A DNA stretch of 45,414 nt from Actinomycetota bacterium (GCA_046731555.1 JBKPLI010000107.1:1-45414), one strand, 5' to 3'. Positions 15,718 to 24,839 are shown, counted from the first letter of the stretch. Notes: generated from the letters alone by a model not told the origin. Made by a program: numbers and translations.

Positions 15718-16152
15718 ATGGGCGCGATGCCGGCCGACGTCGAACTGGCGACCGCCGCGAGCGACCTCCGGATCGTGCTCGGCCAGCTCATCCGCCGACT
15801 GCGCAGCGACGACACGCTCCCGATCGCGCACCTCGCGGTGCTCAGCCGGCTCGACCGCGCCGGCCCGCTGACGGCGAGCGGCCTGGCCGCCGGCGAGCGC
15901 GTGCGCCCGCAGTCGATGGCACAGACGCTCGCGGACCTCGAGCACGGCGGCCTGGTGGAGCGACGCCCGGACGAGGTCGACCGGCGCCAGGTCCTCGTCG
16001 AGCTCACGCCGCAGGGCCGCGAGCTCCTGAGCGTCGAGCGCCGCCGTCGCGAGGACTGGCTCTCGCTCGCGATCTCGGAGCAACTGACGCGCGAGGAGCA
16101 GGCGCTCCTCGTCGACGCCGTCGCGCTCCTGCGCCGGCTCGCCGAGCTCTAG
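15718..16152 (+). CDS. MarR family transcriptional regulator
   Basis: LAVLSRLDRAGPLTASGLAAGERVRPQSMAQTLADLEHGGLVERRPDEVDRRQVLVELTPQGRELL is a winged-HTH MarR signature. ATG 15727 is an alternative start (possibly leaderless). Confidence 0.85.
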   Translation: MGAMPADVELATAASDLRIVLGQLIRRLRSDDTLPIAHLAVLSRLDRAGPLTASGLAAGERVRPQSMAQTLADLEHGGLVERRPDEVDRRQVLVELTPQGRELLSVERRRREDWLSLAISEQLTREEQALLVDAVALLRRLAEL

Positions 16153-16233
16153 CGGCGTTCGCGCGCGTCCGGCGGGCGGTGTACGGTCAAGCATCCCCCC
16201 GTAGTTCCGGAACGTCACCGACAAGGAGGCCCG

Positions 16234-16629
16234 ATGGTTGCAGCGGACTATCCGTTCTTGGACGTCATGTGGTCGATGTTCATCTTCTTCCTCTGGATCC
16301 TGTGGTTCTGGCTGCTGTTCATGTGCTTCGCGGACATCTTCCGCCGCCACGACCTCTCCGGCTTCGGGAAGACGGCGTGGATCATCTTCATGATCATCCT
16401 CCCGTTCCTCGGCGTGTTCGTGTACCTGATCTCCCAGAGCGACGGCATGCGCGAGCGCAACGTGGCGCAGGCGCAGGCCCAGCGGCAGGAGTTCGACAGC
16501 TACGTACGCGATGCTGCCGGCAGCAGTGGCGCGGCCGGGGAGATCGAGCGCGCGAAGAAGCTGCTCGACCAGGGCGCGATCAACCAGTCGGAGTTCGACG
16601 CGATCAAGGCCAAGGCGCTCGCGACCTAG
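16234..16629 (+). CDS. Small membrane protein: PLD-nuclease N-terminal (PLDc_N) domain plus C-terminal SHOCT domain
   Basis: AAGGAGG lies 6 nt before the ATG. Two TM helices contain FADIF...KTAWIIFMIILPFLGVFVYLI. The C-terminus EIERAKKLLDQGAINQSEFDAIKAKAL is SHOCT-like. Confidence 0.8.
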   Translation: MVAADYPFLDVMWSMFIFFLWILWFWLLFMCFADIFRRHDLSGFGKTAWIIFMIILPFLGVFVYLISQSDGMRERNVAQAQAQRQEFDSYVRDAAGSSGAAGEIERAKKLLDQGAINQSEFDAIKAKALAT

Positions 16630-16858
16630 GCGGACGGGTCGGCTTCGGGCCGCGTCGCCGGCTGGGTCGGCAGCTGGACGACGAACAGCGAGTCGCGCTC
16701 GGGGCGCGGCTCGACCCACACGTCGCCGTCCATCCGCTGCAGGACCTCGCGCACGCCGTTCGCGAGCTGGAGTCGGCACGGAAGAACGTGTCGAAGTTCG
16801 GCTCGCGGTCGGCGTGCGCGACGCCGATCCCGTCGACGGCGACGCGGCCGGTAAGTTG
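16626..16858 (-). pseudogene. Remnant of a histidine kinase C-terminus (HATPase_c), frameshifted or deleted, with no start
   Basis: One frame reads LTGRVAVDGIGVAHADREPNFDTFFRAD. The next reads LQLANGVREVLQRMDGDVWVEPRPERDSLFVVQLP...*. Together these resemble the D-x-G-x-G ... F ... G-x-G-L ... GG-x-(I/V)-W-V-E ... F-x-(V/F)-x-L-P end of kinases. GC3 is high. The 5' side is occupied by the plus-strand GFA gene. Confidence 0.5.
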
Positions 16859-16863
16859 CGGAC

Positions 16864-17265
16864 GTGGCCGACACGAGGATGCTCGCGGGCAAGTGCGAGT
16901 GCGGCGCGACGCGGTACCGCGTCGAGAACGCGTTCCTGTATGCCGCCAACTGCCACTGCTCGAACTGCCGCGCCTCGACCGGGTCGGCGTTCAAGCCGTT
17001 CGCCGGGATCGAGCGCGACAAGCTCGAGGTGGTCGAGGGCGCGGACACGCTGCTCGTGTGGGGCGAGCCGGACGCGAACCACACACGCTGCGGGATCTGC
17101 GGCTCGCTGCTCTACTCGGTCGTGGGCGAGGGCGCGCGCGTGCACGTCGCGCTCGGGTCGCTCGTCGACGAGCCGTCGATCCGGCCGACCGGGCACATCT
17201 TCGTCGGCTCGAAGGCGCCCTGGTTCGAGATCACGGACGACTTGCCGCAGTCCGAGGAGTACTGA
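16864..17265 (+). CDS. GFA family protein (glutathione-dependent formaldehyde-activating-like, Cys-rich Zn protein)
   Basis: GKCECGATRY, NCHCSNCR and RCGICGS cysteine clusters. GTG 16864 or ATG 16879 could be the start. Confidence 0.8.
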   Translation: MADTRMLAGKCECGATRYRVENAFLYAANCHCSNCRASTGSAFKPFAGIERDKLEVVEGADTLLVWGEPDANHTRCGICGSLLYSVVGEGARVHVALGSLVDEPSIRPTGHIFVGSKAPWFEITDDLPQSEEY

Positions 17266-17298
17266 CGCCGCCGCGGCCACGCGGTACGTTCTCGGTAC

Positions 17299-18027
17299 GT
17301 GGCCGGGCAGATCGGGCTCCAGCTCTACACCGTGCGCGAGGCGTGCGCGGACGACCTGGGCGGCACGCTTGCGCGCGTCGCGGAGATCGGCTTCCGCGGC
17401 GTCGAGCTCCACGACCTCTACGGGCACGCGCCCGAGGATGCGCGCGCGCTGCTCGACGAGGCCGGCCTCGTAGCGATCGGCCGCCACGTCGGGCTCGACG
17501 CCGACCTGGAGGCGATCGCCGCCGAGGCGCGCACGCTCGGCTGCGACCGCGTCGCGCTTGCGTGGTCCGACCCGTCGGACTCGCCGGAGGAGGCGCGCGC
17601 GACGGTCACGCGGGTCGCCGACGCGGCAGGGCGCGCCAACGCGCTCGGGCTGCGCTACGGCTACCACAACCACTGGCACGAGCTCGAGCCGCTCGAGGAC
17701 GGGACGACCGTGCTCGACCTGCTCGCGGAGCTGCCGATCTGGCTCGAGCTCGACCTCGGTTGGGTGTGGTGGGCCGGTGCGGACCCGGTCGAGCTGCTCG
17801 AGCGGTTCCGGGGCCGCACGCCGCTCGTGCACGTGAAAGACCTGCGCGCGCGAGGGTCGCGCGAGTACTGCCCGGTCGGCGACGGCGGCGTCGGGTACGA
17901 GCGCGTCGTGCCGGCGGCCGACGTCGAGTGGCTCGTCGTCGAGCAGGACGAGCACGACGGCGACGCGCTCGAAGCGGTCGCGCGGTCGTACGCAGCGGTC
18001 ACGTCGTACCTCGGGGTCGCCGCATGA
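17299..18027 (+). CDS. Sugar phosphate isomerase/epimerase (xylose isomerase-like TIM barrel)
   Basis: IGLQLYTVRE...IGFRGVEL...GYHNHWHE...LELDLGWVWWAG...VHVKD. Confidence 0.8.
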   Translation: MAGQIGLQLYTVREACADDLGGTLARVAEIGFRGVELHDLYGHAPEDARALLDEAGLVAIGRHVGLDADLEAIAAEARTLGCDRVALAWSDPSDSPEEARATVTRVADAAGRANALGLRYGYHNHWHELEPLEDGTTVLDLLAELPIWLELDLGWVWWAGADPVELLERFRGRTPLVHVKDLRARGSREYCPVGDGGVGYERVVPAADVEWLVVEQDEHDGDALEAVARSYAAVTSYLGVAA

Positions 18028-19070
18028 GACGGCTCGTGCTCGCTGCGGTCGTCGGCGCCGCGGTCGCGGGTGCGCTCGTCGCCTACCTCTCGCGCAGCGC
18101 CGACGCGTACGTCGCGCACCACCTCGTCTCCGACCGCGGCCTGAACGCGCGCACGCACGACCACGTGCTCGTGAACGCGTGGGGTCTCGCGGCGAGCCCG
18201 ACCGGCCCGTGGTGGACGGCGAACGAGGCGACCGAGACGAGCACGCTCTACGACGACCGCGGCCGCAAGCAGGCGCTGACCGTGCGCGTGAAGGGCGGCC
18301 CCACGGGGATCGTCTACAACCACGGGAAGGGCTTCGTCGTGCGCAACGGGAGCACGAGCGGTCCGGCGCGCTTCATCTACGCGTGCGAGGACGGCACGAT
18401 CCGCGGCTGGTCGCCCGTCGTGCCCGAGGGCTGGTCGTCCGAGGCGGTCGTCGCCGTCGACGACGCCGCGATGGGCGCCGTGCTCCGGGGGCTCGCGCTC
18501 GCGCGCGACCGGCTCTACGTGACCGACTTCCACAACGACAGGGTGCTCGTCTACGACAGCCGCTGGCGGCCGGTCCGCACGAAGGGCACGTTCCACGATC
18601 CGAGGATCTCGCCGTGGTACCAGCCGTTCGGCATCCAGACGGTCGGGGACCGCATCTTCGTCACGTACGCCTCGCCCGCGCCGGTGAACGGGAACGACGC
18701 GCCGCACGGCGGGTACGTCGACGAGTTCGACCTCGAAGGCCGCCTCGTCTCGCGGGTCGCGCACATGGGCCCGCTCGACCAGCCGTGGGGCGTCGCGATG
18801 TCGCCGGACGGTCGGCTCCACGTCGGCAACTTCGGAACCGGCCGCATCGCGGTCTTCTCGCGCCGCTCGGGCGGGTGGCGCTTCGACGGCTTCGTCCGCG
18901 ACGAGGACGGCAAGCCGCTGTCGGTGAACGGCCTGTGGGGCATCGCGTTCGGGAACGGCGGCATGGCCGGTCCGAAGGACACGCTCTTCTTCGCCGCCGG
19001 ACCGCACAAGTGGCTCGACGGGTCCGAGCTCGACGTGCGCGGGCTGTTCGGCGCGGTCAAGCCGACCTGA
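18024..19070 (+). CDS. TIGR03118-like beta-propeller protein with N-terminal signal or anchor
   Basis: ATGA overlap with the upstream stop. N-terminus MRRLVLAAVVGAAVAGALVAYL, then LVSD...NAWGLA..GPWW.AN..T..STLYD...GPTGIVYN...GNFG.GRI..F...NGLWGIAFGNG. Confidence 0.7.
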   Translation: MRRLVLAAVVGAAVAGALVAYLSRSADAYVAHHLVSDRGLNARTHDHVLVNAWGLAASPTGPWWTANEATETSTLYDDRGRKQALTVRVKGGPTGIVYNHGKGFVVRNGSTSGPARFIYACEDGTIRGWSPVVPEGWSSEAVVAVDDAAMGAVLRGLALARDRLYVTDFHNDRVLVYDSRWRPVRTKGTFHDPRISPWYQPFGIQTVGDRIFVTYASPAPVNGNDAPHGGYVDEFDLEGRLVSRVAHMGPLDQPWGVAMSPDGRLHVGNFGTGRIAVFSRRSGGWRFDGFVRDEDGKPLSVNGLWGIAFGNGGMAGPKDTLFFAAGPHKWLDGSELDVRGLFGAVKPT

Positions 19071-19072
19071 CC

Positions 19073-19098
19073 GGGACGCGCGGTCGCCCGCGCGCCCC
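19073..19098. terminator. Hairpin between convergent genes (candidate bidirectional terminator)
   Basis: GGGACGCGCGG-tcgc-CCGCGCGCCCC, 10 of 11 pairs. Confidence 0.5.
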
Positions 19099-19110
19099 GA
19101 TCGGGAAGGG

Positions 19111-20316
19111 TCAGGCGCCGACGGGCTCGGGCTGCTTCGCCGGCACGTCGACCTGCAGGGCCGGGTCGGCTGCGCGGACCGGCGACTGCTCGCCGCCGAG
19201 CTCGCCGCGCACGATGTTCGCGCCCTGCGCGAGCGCCGCCGCCTTGTACATCGCGATCGGCCGCGGCACGCCCTGGCGGCCGAAGCCGCAGTCGGACGAG
19301 AGCACGAGCTTGTCCGCGTCGATGTACTCGAGCGCCGTGCGGATGTCGGCCGCGACGTCCTCGGGCGTCTCCACCTGCAGGCGGCGGTGGCTGATCATCC
19401 CGACGGCGACCTTCTTCGGCAGGTTGCCCTTGTACGGAGCGAACGCCGGCAGGAGGCTGTGGTCGTTCTCCTTCGACTCGATCGTCCACACGTCGCCCTT
19501 CAGGCGGTTGAGGTAGATGTCGACCGAGGGCTCGTAGGAGATGTTCGGGTCGAAGCAGTGCTGCGCACCCGGGTTGCCCCAGCACGTGTGGATCCACAGC
19601 TCGCAGTCGTCGAGGCCCTCGACCGTGTGATTGAAGAGCTCGACGAGGAAGTCGAGCACCTCGGCCGGCGCGCCGTACGCGGCGGACGAGTGGATCGCGG
19701 GCTCCTCGATCTGGATCACCTTGCAGCCCGCGGCCTGCAGCTCGCGCAGCTCGGCGTTGAGGATCGTCGCGATGTCCCACATGAGGTCCTGCTTGTCCTG
19801 CGCGTAGGCGTCGGTCCTGATCGTGAGGACGGTCGCGGCGAGGTCGGCGGCGATCGTGCCGAACTTCACCGGCTTCTCCGTGCGCGCCTGCGCGACGCGC
19901 CAGATCTTCGCGAACTCGAGCGGGACGCGCGGCCCGACCTTGTCCGTGACCGCGTGGTACTTCCAGCCGCCGACGATCTCGTTGAGCCACGAGCCGATCG
20001 GGTACGACCAGCCGAACGTCGTCTCCGTGTCGTACTCCGAGATGCCGTCGAAGCGCTCGGACGGGTACGAAAACCACGAGCGGCCGGCGAGGTCGTTGTC
20101 GAGGTGGTAGTCGCCGTTCGTGAGGATGTCGAGCCCGGCGAACTCCTGGTCGTTGAGCACCGAGCCGACGGCGTCCACGAACTGCTCGCGGTAGGCGACG
20201 TCCGCCATCCCCGAGGAGAAGGGGCGCTCGAGGAGGTTGCCGTTGAACCACGACGGGCGAGGCCACGAGCCGGTGACGGTGGTCGGGAGGAGCCTGTCCT
20301 TCGTTGCGATCAGCAT
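19111..20316 (-). CDS. Cobalamin-independent methionine synthase C-terminal-domain family protein (MetE-like Zn alkyltransferase, single barrel, 401 aa)
   Basis: LPTTVTGSWPRPSWF, IQIEEPA, His-x-Cys IHTCWGN and distal Cys SSDCGFG. ATG 20316 (MLIATK) is preceded by GGAAAGGAA. Confidence 0.8.
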   Translation of the reverse strand: MLIATKDRLLPTTVTGSWPRPSWFNGNLLERPFSSGMADVAYREQFVDAVGSVLNDQEFAGLDILTNGDYHLDNDLAGRSWFSYPSERFDGISEYDTETTFGWSYPIGSWLNEIVGGWKYHAVTDKVGPRVPLEFAKIWRVAQARTEKPVKFGTIAADLAATVLTIRTDAYAQDKQDLMWDIATILNAELRELQAAGCKVIQIEEPAIHSSAAYGAPAEVLDFLVELFNHTVEGLDDCELWIHTCWGNPGAQHCFDPNISYEPSVDIYLNRLKGDVWTIESKENDHSLLPAFAPYKGNLPKKVAVGMISHRRLQVETPEDVAADIRTALEYIDADKLVLSSDCGFGRQGVPRPIAMYKAAALAQGANIVRGELGGEQSPVRAADPALQVDVPAKQPEPVGA

Positions 20317-20362
20317 GTGCGCGCATTCCTTTCCGGCAGCCCCAATGCCGCCATCGTGTCGA

Positions 20363-21343
20363 TTATGTGCCTCGTCGCGTGAGCGCATCGAGCCCGACGG
20401 CCGCGAGCAGGATCGCGCCCATCGTGATCTGCTCGTAGAGCGGGTCGAGCCCGAGGAGGATGTAGCCGTTGCCGATGAGCGCGATGAAGAGGACGCCCAC
20501 GACCGTCCTCCACACGGCGCCCTCGCCGCCCATGATGCTCGTCCCTCCGACGACGATCCCGGCGAGGACCGTGAATGCGAGCGCCGTGTCGCCGGTCGAC
20601 GCCTGGGCGCTGAGGACGCGCGAGGTGTCGATCACGCCTGCGAGCCCGGCCGCGGTGCCGCTGACGGCGAACGTGAGCACGCGGATCGCGTCCACGCGCA
20701 CACCCGCGAGCCGCGCCGCCTGCGCGTTGCCGCCGGCCGCGAACATGTAGCGCCCGGCGACCGTCGCGGACAGCACGAACCCGATCACGACGACCGCGGC
20801 GACCATGAGCCAGATCGAGCTCTTGACGCCGGCGATCTCCGTGCGCGCGAGCCTGCCGAAGCCGGGCTTGTCGAACAGGACGAGCAGGTTGCCCTTCGCG
20901 ATCAGGCTCGCGAGGCCGCCGACGACGAACGACATCGCGAGCGTCGTGATGAGCGCGTTGATCCGGAACGTCGTCGTGATCACGCCGTTCGCGAGCCCGA
21001 CGAGCAGCCCCGCGCCGATGCCGAGCGCGATCGCGACGACCGGGTTCGTCTGCAGTGCGAAGTGCGCGGACACGACGCCGGCGAGCGAGTAGGTCGCGCC
21101 GACGGAGAGGTCGATGCCGCCCGCGACGAGCACGAGCGTCCCGGCCGCGGCGATGATCAGCGTCGCCGACTGCTGGTCGAGGATGTTCAGGAGGTTGACC
21201 CTCGTCGCGAACGACGAGCTCGTGAGTGCGAGGATCGCGAACAGGATCGCGAACGGGATCAGGATCCCGACGCTGCGGATCCGCCGCGCTGCGGGCGCGC
21301 GCGTGCGTCCCGCCGCGACGAGCCGCTCGACCGCGGTGTTCAC
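20363..21343 (-). CDS. Sugar ABC transporter permease (RbsC/AraH-type)
   Basis: About 10 hydrophobic segments, with LLNILDQQSATLIIAAAGTLVLVAGGIDLSVG and GGNAQAARLAGV motifs. ATGA overlap with the upstream ATPase gene. Confidence 0.9.
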   Translation of the reverse strand: MNTAVERLVAAGRTRAPAARRIRSVGILIPFAILFAILALTSSSFATRVNLLNILDQQSATLIIAAAGTLVLVAGGIDLSVGATYSLAGVVSAHFALQTNPVVAIALGIGAGLLVGLANGVITTTFRINALITTLAMSFVVGGLASLIAKGNLLVLFDKPGFGRLARTEIAGVKSSIWLMVAAVVVIGFVLSATVAGRYMFAAGGNAQAARLAGVRVDAIRVLTFAVSGTAAGLAGVIDTSRVLSAQASTGDTALAFTVLAGIVVGGTSIMGGEGAVWRTVVGVLFIALIGNGYILLGLDPLYEQITMGAILLAAVGLDALTRRGT

Positions 21344-22872
21344 GTCGTCGCCGCCTCCGCGTCGTCGGCGAACGCCGCCGCGAGGATCGCGCCCTCCTGC
21401 ATCGCGTCGCCCTCGAGCTCGGCGACGATGCGCCCGCGGCGCATGACGAGCACGCGGTGCGCGAGGCCGAGCAGCTCCTCGAGCTCCGACGAGACGAGCA
21501 GGACGCCGAGGCCGTCGTCGGCGAGCTTCGCGAGCAGGTCGTAGATGGCGCGCTTCGCGCCGACGTCGACGCCGCGCGTCGGCTCGTCCGCGACGAGCAC
21601 CCGTGGCCCGCAGAGCAGCGTGCGCGCGAACAGGAGCTTCTGCTGGTTGCCGCCCGAGAGCGTGCGGACCGGGGCGGAGTACGGCGCGCCGCGGACGTCG
21701 CAGTCCTCGAGCGCGGCCCGCGCGGTGCGACGCTCGAGCGTGCGCCGGACGACCGGGCCGGCCGCGAGCGTCCGGAGGCGCGAGAGGGTCGCGTTCTCCG
21801 TCACCGAGCGCATGGCGACCAGGCCGTCGTCCTGGCGCGACTCGGGGATGAGCGCGAGCCCCGCCGCGAGGCTGCGGCGCGGGCTGCGGCCGAGGCGCTC
21901 GCCGCCTGCGAGCGAGACGCTGCCGCCCCCGGGCTTCGACGCGCCGAAGATCGCACGGGCGAGCTCGGTGCGGCCGGCGCCGACGAGCCCGGCGACGCCG
22001 AGGATCTCGCCGGCGCGGAGGTCGAGGCTGACGCGGTCGACGCCCGGCGCGACGAGCTCGCGCACCGACAGCACGACGGGCGCGTCGGCCGGGGGCGACC
22101 GCTTCGGGGGGAACGTGGAGGTGAGGGGACGGCCGAGCATCGCCTCGACGAGCGACGGCTCGGTCTCGTCGGCCGCACGCGACGTGCGCACGATCGCGCC
22201 GTCGCGGAGCACCGTCACCGTGTCGGCGAGCTCGAGCACTTCGTGCAGCAGGTGCGAGATGAGGAGGATCGTCTTGCCCGCATCCGCGAGCCCGCGGACG
22301 ATCTCGTGCAGCTGCAGCGTCTCGGTCTCGCTGAGCGCGGCCGACGGCTCGTCCATCACGATCAGCTGCGCGTCGCGCGAGAGCGCACGCAGGATCTCGA
22401 CCTTCTGCTGCTCGGCGGTGCGCAGGCCGCCGGCGGAGAGCGAGCCCGGCAGCTCGAAGCCGGCCTCTTCGGCGAGCCTGCGGTACGCATCGCGCAGCCG
22501 CCGTCCGCGCAGCACGCCGGCCGTGCGCGGCTCGCGGCCGAGGAAGACGTTCTCGGCGACCGTGAGCTGTGGGACGACGAACGGCTCCTGCGCGATCGCC
22601 GCCACCTTGTGCTCGAGCGCCTCGCGCGGCGAGCGGAACGCGACCGGCTCGCCGTCGAGGACGAGGCCGCCGGCATCCGGCGCGAGCGCGCCGGCGACGA
22701 TGCGGCCGAGCGTCGACTTGCCCGCGCCGTTCTCGCCGACGAGCGCGTGCACCGACCCCTTGGCGACGCTGAGCGAGATCCCGCGAAGCGCCTGGACGCC
22801 GCCGAAGTGCTTGGCGACGTCCAGGAGCTCGAGGAATGGACGCTGTTCTGCCCGGGGTTCTAGCCGGGCCAC
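21340..22872 (-). CDS. Sugar ABC transporter ATP-binding protein (fused double NBD, RbsA-type)
   Basis: Walker A GENGAGKST and GLVGAGRTE, signature LSGGNQQK, Walker B LVADEPTRGVD. The only in-frame start near the N-terminus is GTG 22872 (13-nt overlap with the SBP gene). Confidence 0.85.
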   Translation of the reverse strand: MARLEPRAEQRPFLELLDVAKHFGGVQALRGISLSVAKGSVHALVGENGAGKSTLGRIVAGALAPDAGGLVLDGEPVAFRSPREALEHKVAAIAQEPFVVPQLTVAENVFLGREPRTAGVLRGRRLRDAYRRLAEEAGFELPGSLSAGGLRTAEQQKVEILRALSRDAQLIVMDEPSAALSETETLQLHEIVRGLADAGKTILLISHLLHEVLELADTVTVLRDGAIVRTSRAADETEPSLVEAMLGRPLTSTFPPKRSPPADAPVVLSVRELVAPGVDRVSLDLRAGEILGVAGLVGAGRTELARAIFGASKPGGGSVSLAGGERLGRSPRRSLAAGLALIPESRQDDGLVAMRSVTENATLSRLRTLAAGPVVRRTLERRTARAALEDCDVRGAPYSAPVRTLSGGNQQKLLFARTLLCGPRVLVADEPTRGVDVGAKRAIYDLLAKLADDGLGVLLVSSELEELLGLAHRVLVMRRGRIVAELEGDAMQEGAILAAAFADDAEAATT

Positions 22873-23870
22873 TCGGCCTTGAACTTCGAGGCGTTCGCTT
22901 TCGTCACCACCCCGCCGTTGGGCAGGCCGTTGAGGACGTCGATGCCGCCGCACTTCTTGCCGGTGCGGACGGCCCTGATCGCGCACTGCATCGAGAGCTT
23001 GCCCTCGGTCGCAGGCCGCTGCATCACGGTTCCGAACCAGGCGCCCGACTTGACGGCGTTGAGGCCGACGGCGCCACCGCCGTAGCCGATCAGCGTCACC
23101 TTCTGGCCGTTCAGCGCCTGCTGCGCCCCGGTCGCGCCCTGGTCGGCGCCGACGATCACGTTCATGTCGGGCTGCGCCTGCAGCATCGTCTGCGCCGCCT
23201 TGAGCGCGTTCGCCGGGTTGTAGAACGTCTCGCCCTCGGCGACGACCTGGATGTTGTGCCCCTTCGTCGCTGCATTGAAGCCGTTCCGGATCGCGGTGTC
23301 GAGCGAGGACACCTTCACGGAGTAGAGGTAGCCGACCTTGCACGGGTTGGCCTTCAGCGCGGCGCATGCCGCCACAACGAGGCCGCCCTGCTTAGTCCCG
23401 ATCTTCGTCTGCACGAAAACGACGTTGCCAGCGAGGCCCTTGACGGGCGGCTCCGCGGTGCTGGGGTTCGTACCGAGGATCTGGTCCATGTTGACGACCT
23501 TGATCCCGGACTTGATCGCCGACCTGATCGTCGGGATCAGCTGCGGGCCGAAGATCGGCTGCACGACGATCGCGTCGTACTGCTTCGACGTGGCCGCGGT
23601 CTGGAGCTGCGCCAGCTGCTTCTTCGGGTCGTTCGCCGCGTCGAACACGGTCACCTTGCCGCCCTGCGCCTTCGCCACCTTCTTGGCCTCGGCGAGCATC
23701 GGGGCGTCGTAGCTGTTCGCGACGGCGAACGAGAGGTACGCGACGCGGACCGGCTTCGCGGCCGCGCCGGCCGAGCCGACGAGCGCGACGAGGGTCGCGC
23801 AGGCCGCGAGGAGCGCCGCGGCGAGCGCGGCAGGTTGCGCGCGTCGGGAGCCGGGAGTGATGAGTTTCAC
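22860..23870 (-). CDS. Sugar ABC transporter substrate-binding protein (periplasmic-binding-protein type I), probable lipoprotein
   Basis: AAGGAGG lies 10 nt before GTG 23870. The signal has an LLAAC lipobox-like motif. VAYLSFAVANSYD...VVQPI...VVNMD is typical of RbsB-like SBPs. Confidence 0.85.
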   Translation of the reverse strand: MKLITPGSRRAQPAALAAALLAACATLVALVGSAGAAAKPVRVAYLSFAVANSYDAPMLAEAKKVAKAQGGKVTVFDAANDPKKQLAQLQTAATSKQYDAIVVQPIFGPQLIPTIRSAIKSGIKVVNMDQILGTNPSTAEPPVKGLAGNVVFVQTKIGTKQGGLVVAACAALKANPCKVGYLYSVKVSSLDTAIRNGFNAATKGHNIQVVAEGETFYNPANALKAAQTMLQAQPDMNVIVGADQGATGAQQALNGQKVTLIGYGGGAVGLNAVKSGAWFGTVMQRPATEGKLSMQCAIRAVRTGKKCGGIDVLNGLPNGGVVTKANASKFKAEWPG

Positions 23871-24100
23871 CTGGACTAACCCTCCTTGAAGGGGATTCGG
23901 TCGCTCGCGAACACCCCGCGACCACGGCGGAACCGCGCTTTCCGGCACCGCTTCGCCGCGTCTGCACCGGTACGGGCGCTCGTGCGCACAGTCGGCGCGA
24001 GTGTAGGACTGCTGAACGAGCCAAGTCAAGGAGCGTCACCGACGCTGAACGCCTTCCCGCGTTTCCGAGCATTGATGGGCTCCGACCGCCACGACCGCTG

Positions 24101-24130
24101 TTGACTCACACTGCACGGCGGCTCTATCGT
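24101..24130 (+). promoter_or_regulatory. Candidate sigma-70-type promoter TTGACT-18 nt-TATCGT
   Basis: Read directly. The -10 ends 7 nt before GTG 24138, which implies a leaderless transcript. Confidence 0.35.
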
Positions 24131-24137
24131 GCGCCGC

Positions 24138-24839
24138 GTGAGCGACGGCGCCGTCGTCATCGTCGGGGGCACATCGGGCATCGGCCTCCGCCTCGCCGAG
24201 ACCTATGCCGCCCGTGGCCGCGACGTCGTCATCTCCGGCCGCGACCGCGAGCGCACGCGCGAGATCGCCGCCGGGATCGACGCGGGGAACGTCTCCGCGT
24301 GCTCGCTCGACCTCTCGAGCCCCGACGGGCTCGCGGTGTGCCTCGCGGACGTCGGCTCGGTGTCGCGGCTCGTGCTCGGCGCGGTCGAGCGCGACGAGAA
24401 TTCGGTCGCCGACTACGACCTCACGCGCGCCATGCGACTCGTTACGTTGAAGCTCGTCGGCTACACGGAGGTCGTGCACACCTTGCTGCCGAGGCTTACG
24501 GACGACGCGTCGATCCTCCTCTTCGGCGGCCTCGCGCTCCGCCGCCCGTACCCCGGCTCGACCACGGTGACGACCGTGAACGGTGGAGTCACCGGCCTCG
24601 TGCACACGCTCGCGGTCGAGCTCGCGCCGATCCGCGTGAACGGCATCCATCCGGGCATCGTCGGCGACAGCCCGTACTGGGAGGGCAAGGACGCCGCGCT
24701 GGAACGGACGCGCGAGCGGACGCCGCTCGGCAGACTCGTGACCATGGACGACGTCGTCGACGCCTCGATCTTCCTGCTCGAGAACGGCGGCGTGAACGGC
24801 GTCAACCTGGACGTGGACGGCGGATGGCTGCTCAAGTAG
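24138..24839 (+). CDS. SDR family oxidoreductase
   Basis: VVIVGGTSGIGLRLAE (TGxxxGIG), followed by a C-terminal NGVNLDVDGGW. The longest ORF starts at GTG 24129, but that codon overlaps the putative -10. Confidence 0.8.
   Translation: MSDGAVVIVGGTSGIGLRLAETYAARGRDVVISGRDRERTREIAAGIDAGNVSACSLDLSSPDGLAVCLADVGSVSRLVLGAVERDENSVADYDLTRAMRLVTLKLVGYTEVVHTLLPRLTDDASILLFGGLALRRPYPGSTTVTTVNGGVTGLVHTLAVELAPIRVNGIHPGIVGDSPYWEGKDAALERTRERTPLGRLVTMDDVVDASIFLLENGGVNGVNLDVDGGWLLK

Noticed and set aside
15652-17955. 767-aa minus-strand ORF, and similar long ORFs (16179-18023 part, 30439-32529, 22836-23879, 24461-25636, 27003-27944, 34964-36232, 42459-43595 part of the 41469 ORF)
   Set aside because: They have the same GC-driven artefact signature: Arg-rich, no SD, and antisense or out of frame to genes with clear family motifs.
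19111-20316. Bona fide metE with upstream B12 or SAM riboswitch (also considered for 30520-31548)
   Set aside because: Both proteins are single-barrel, at 401 and 342 aa. Both are internal or terminal genes of operons, with spacers of only 46 nt and 10 nt upstream. That leaves no room for a riboswitch.
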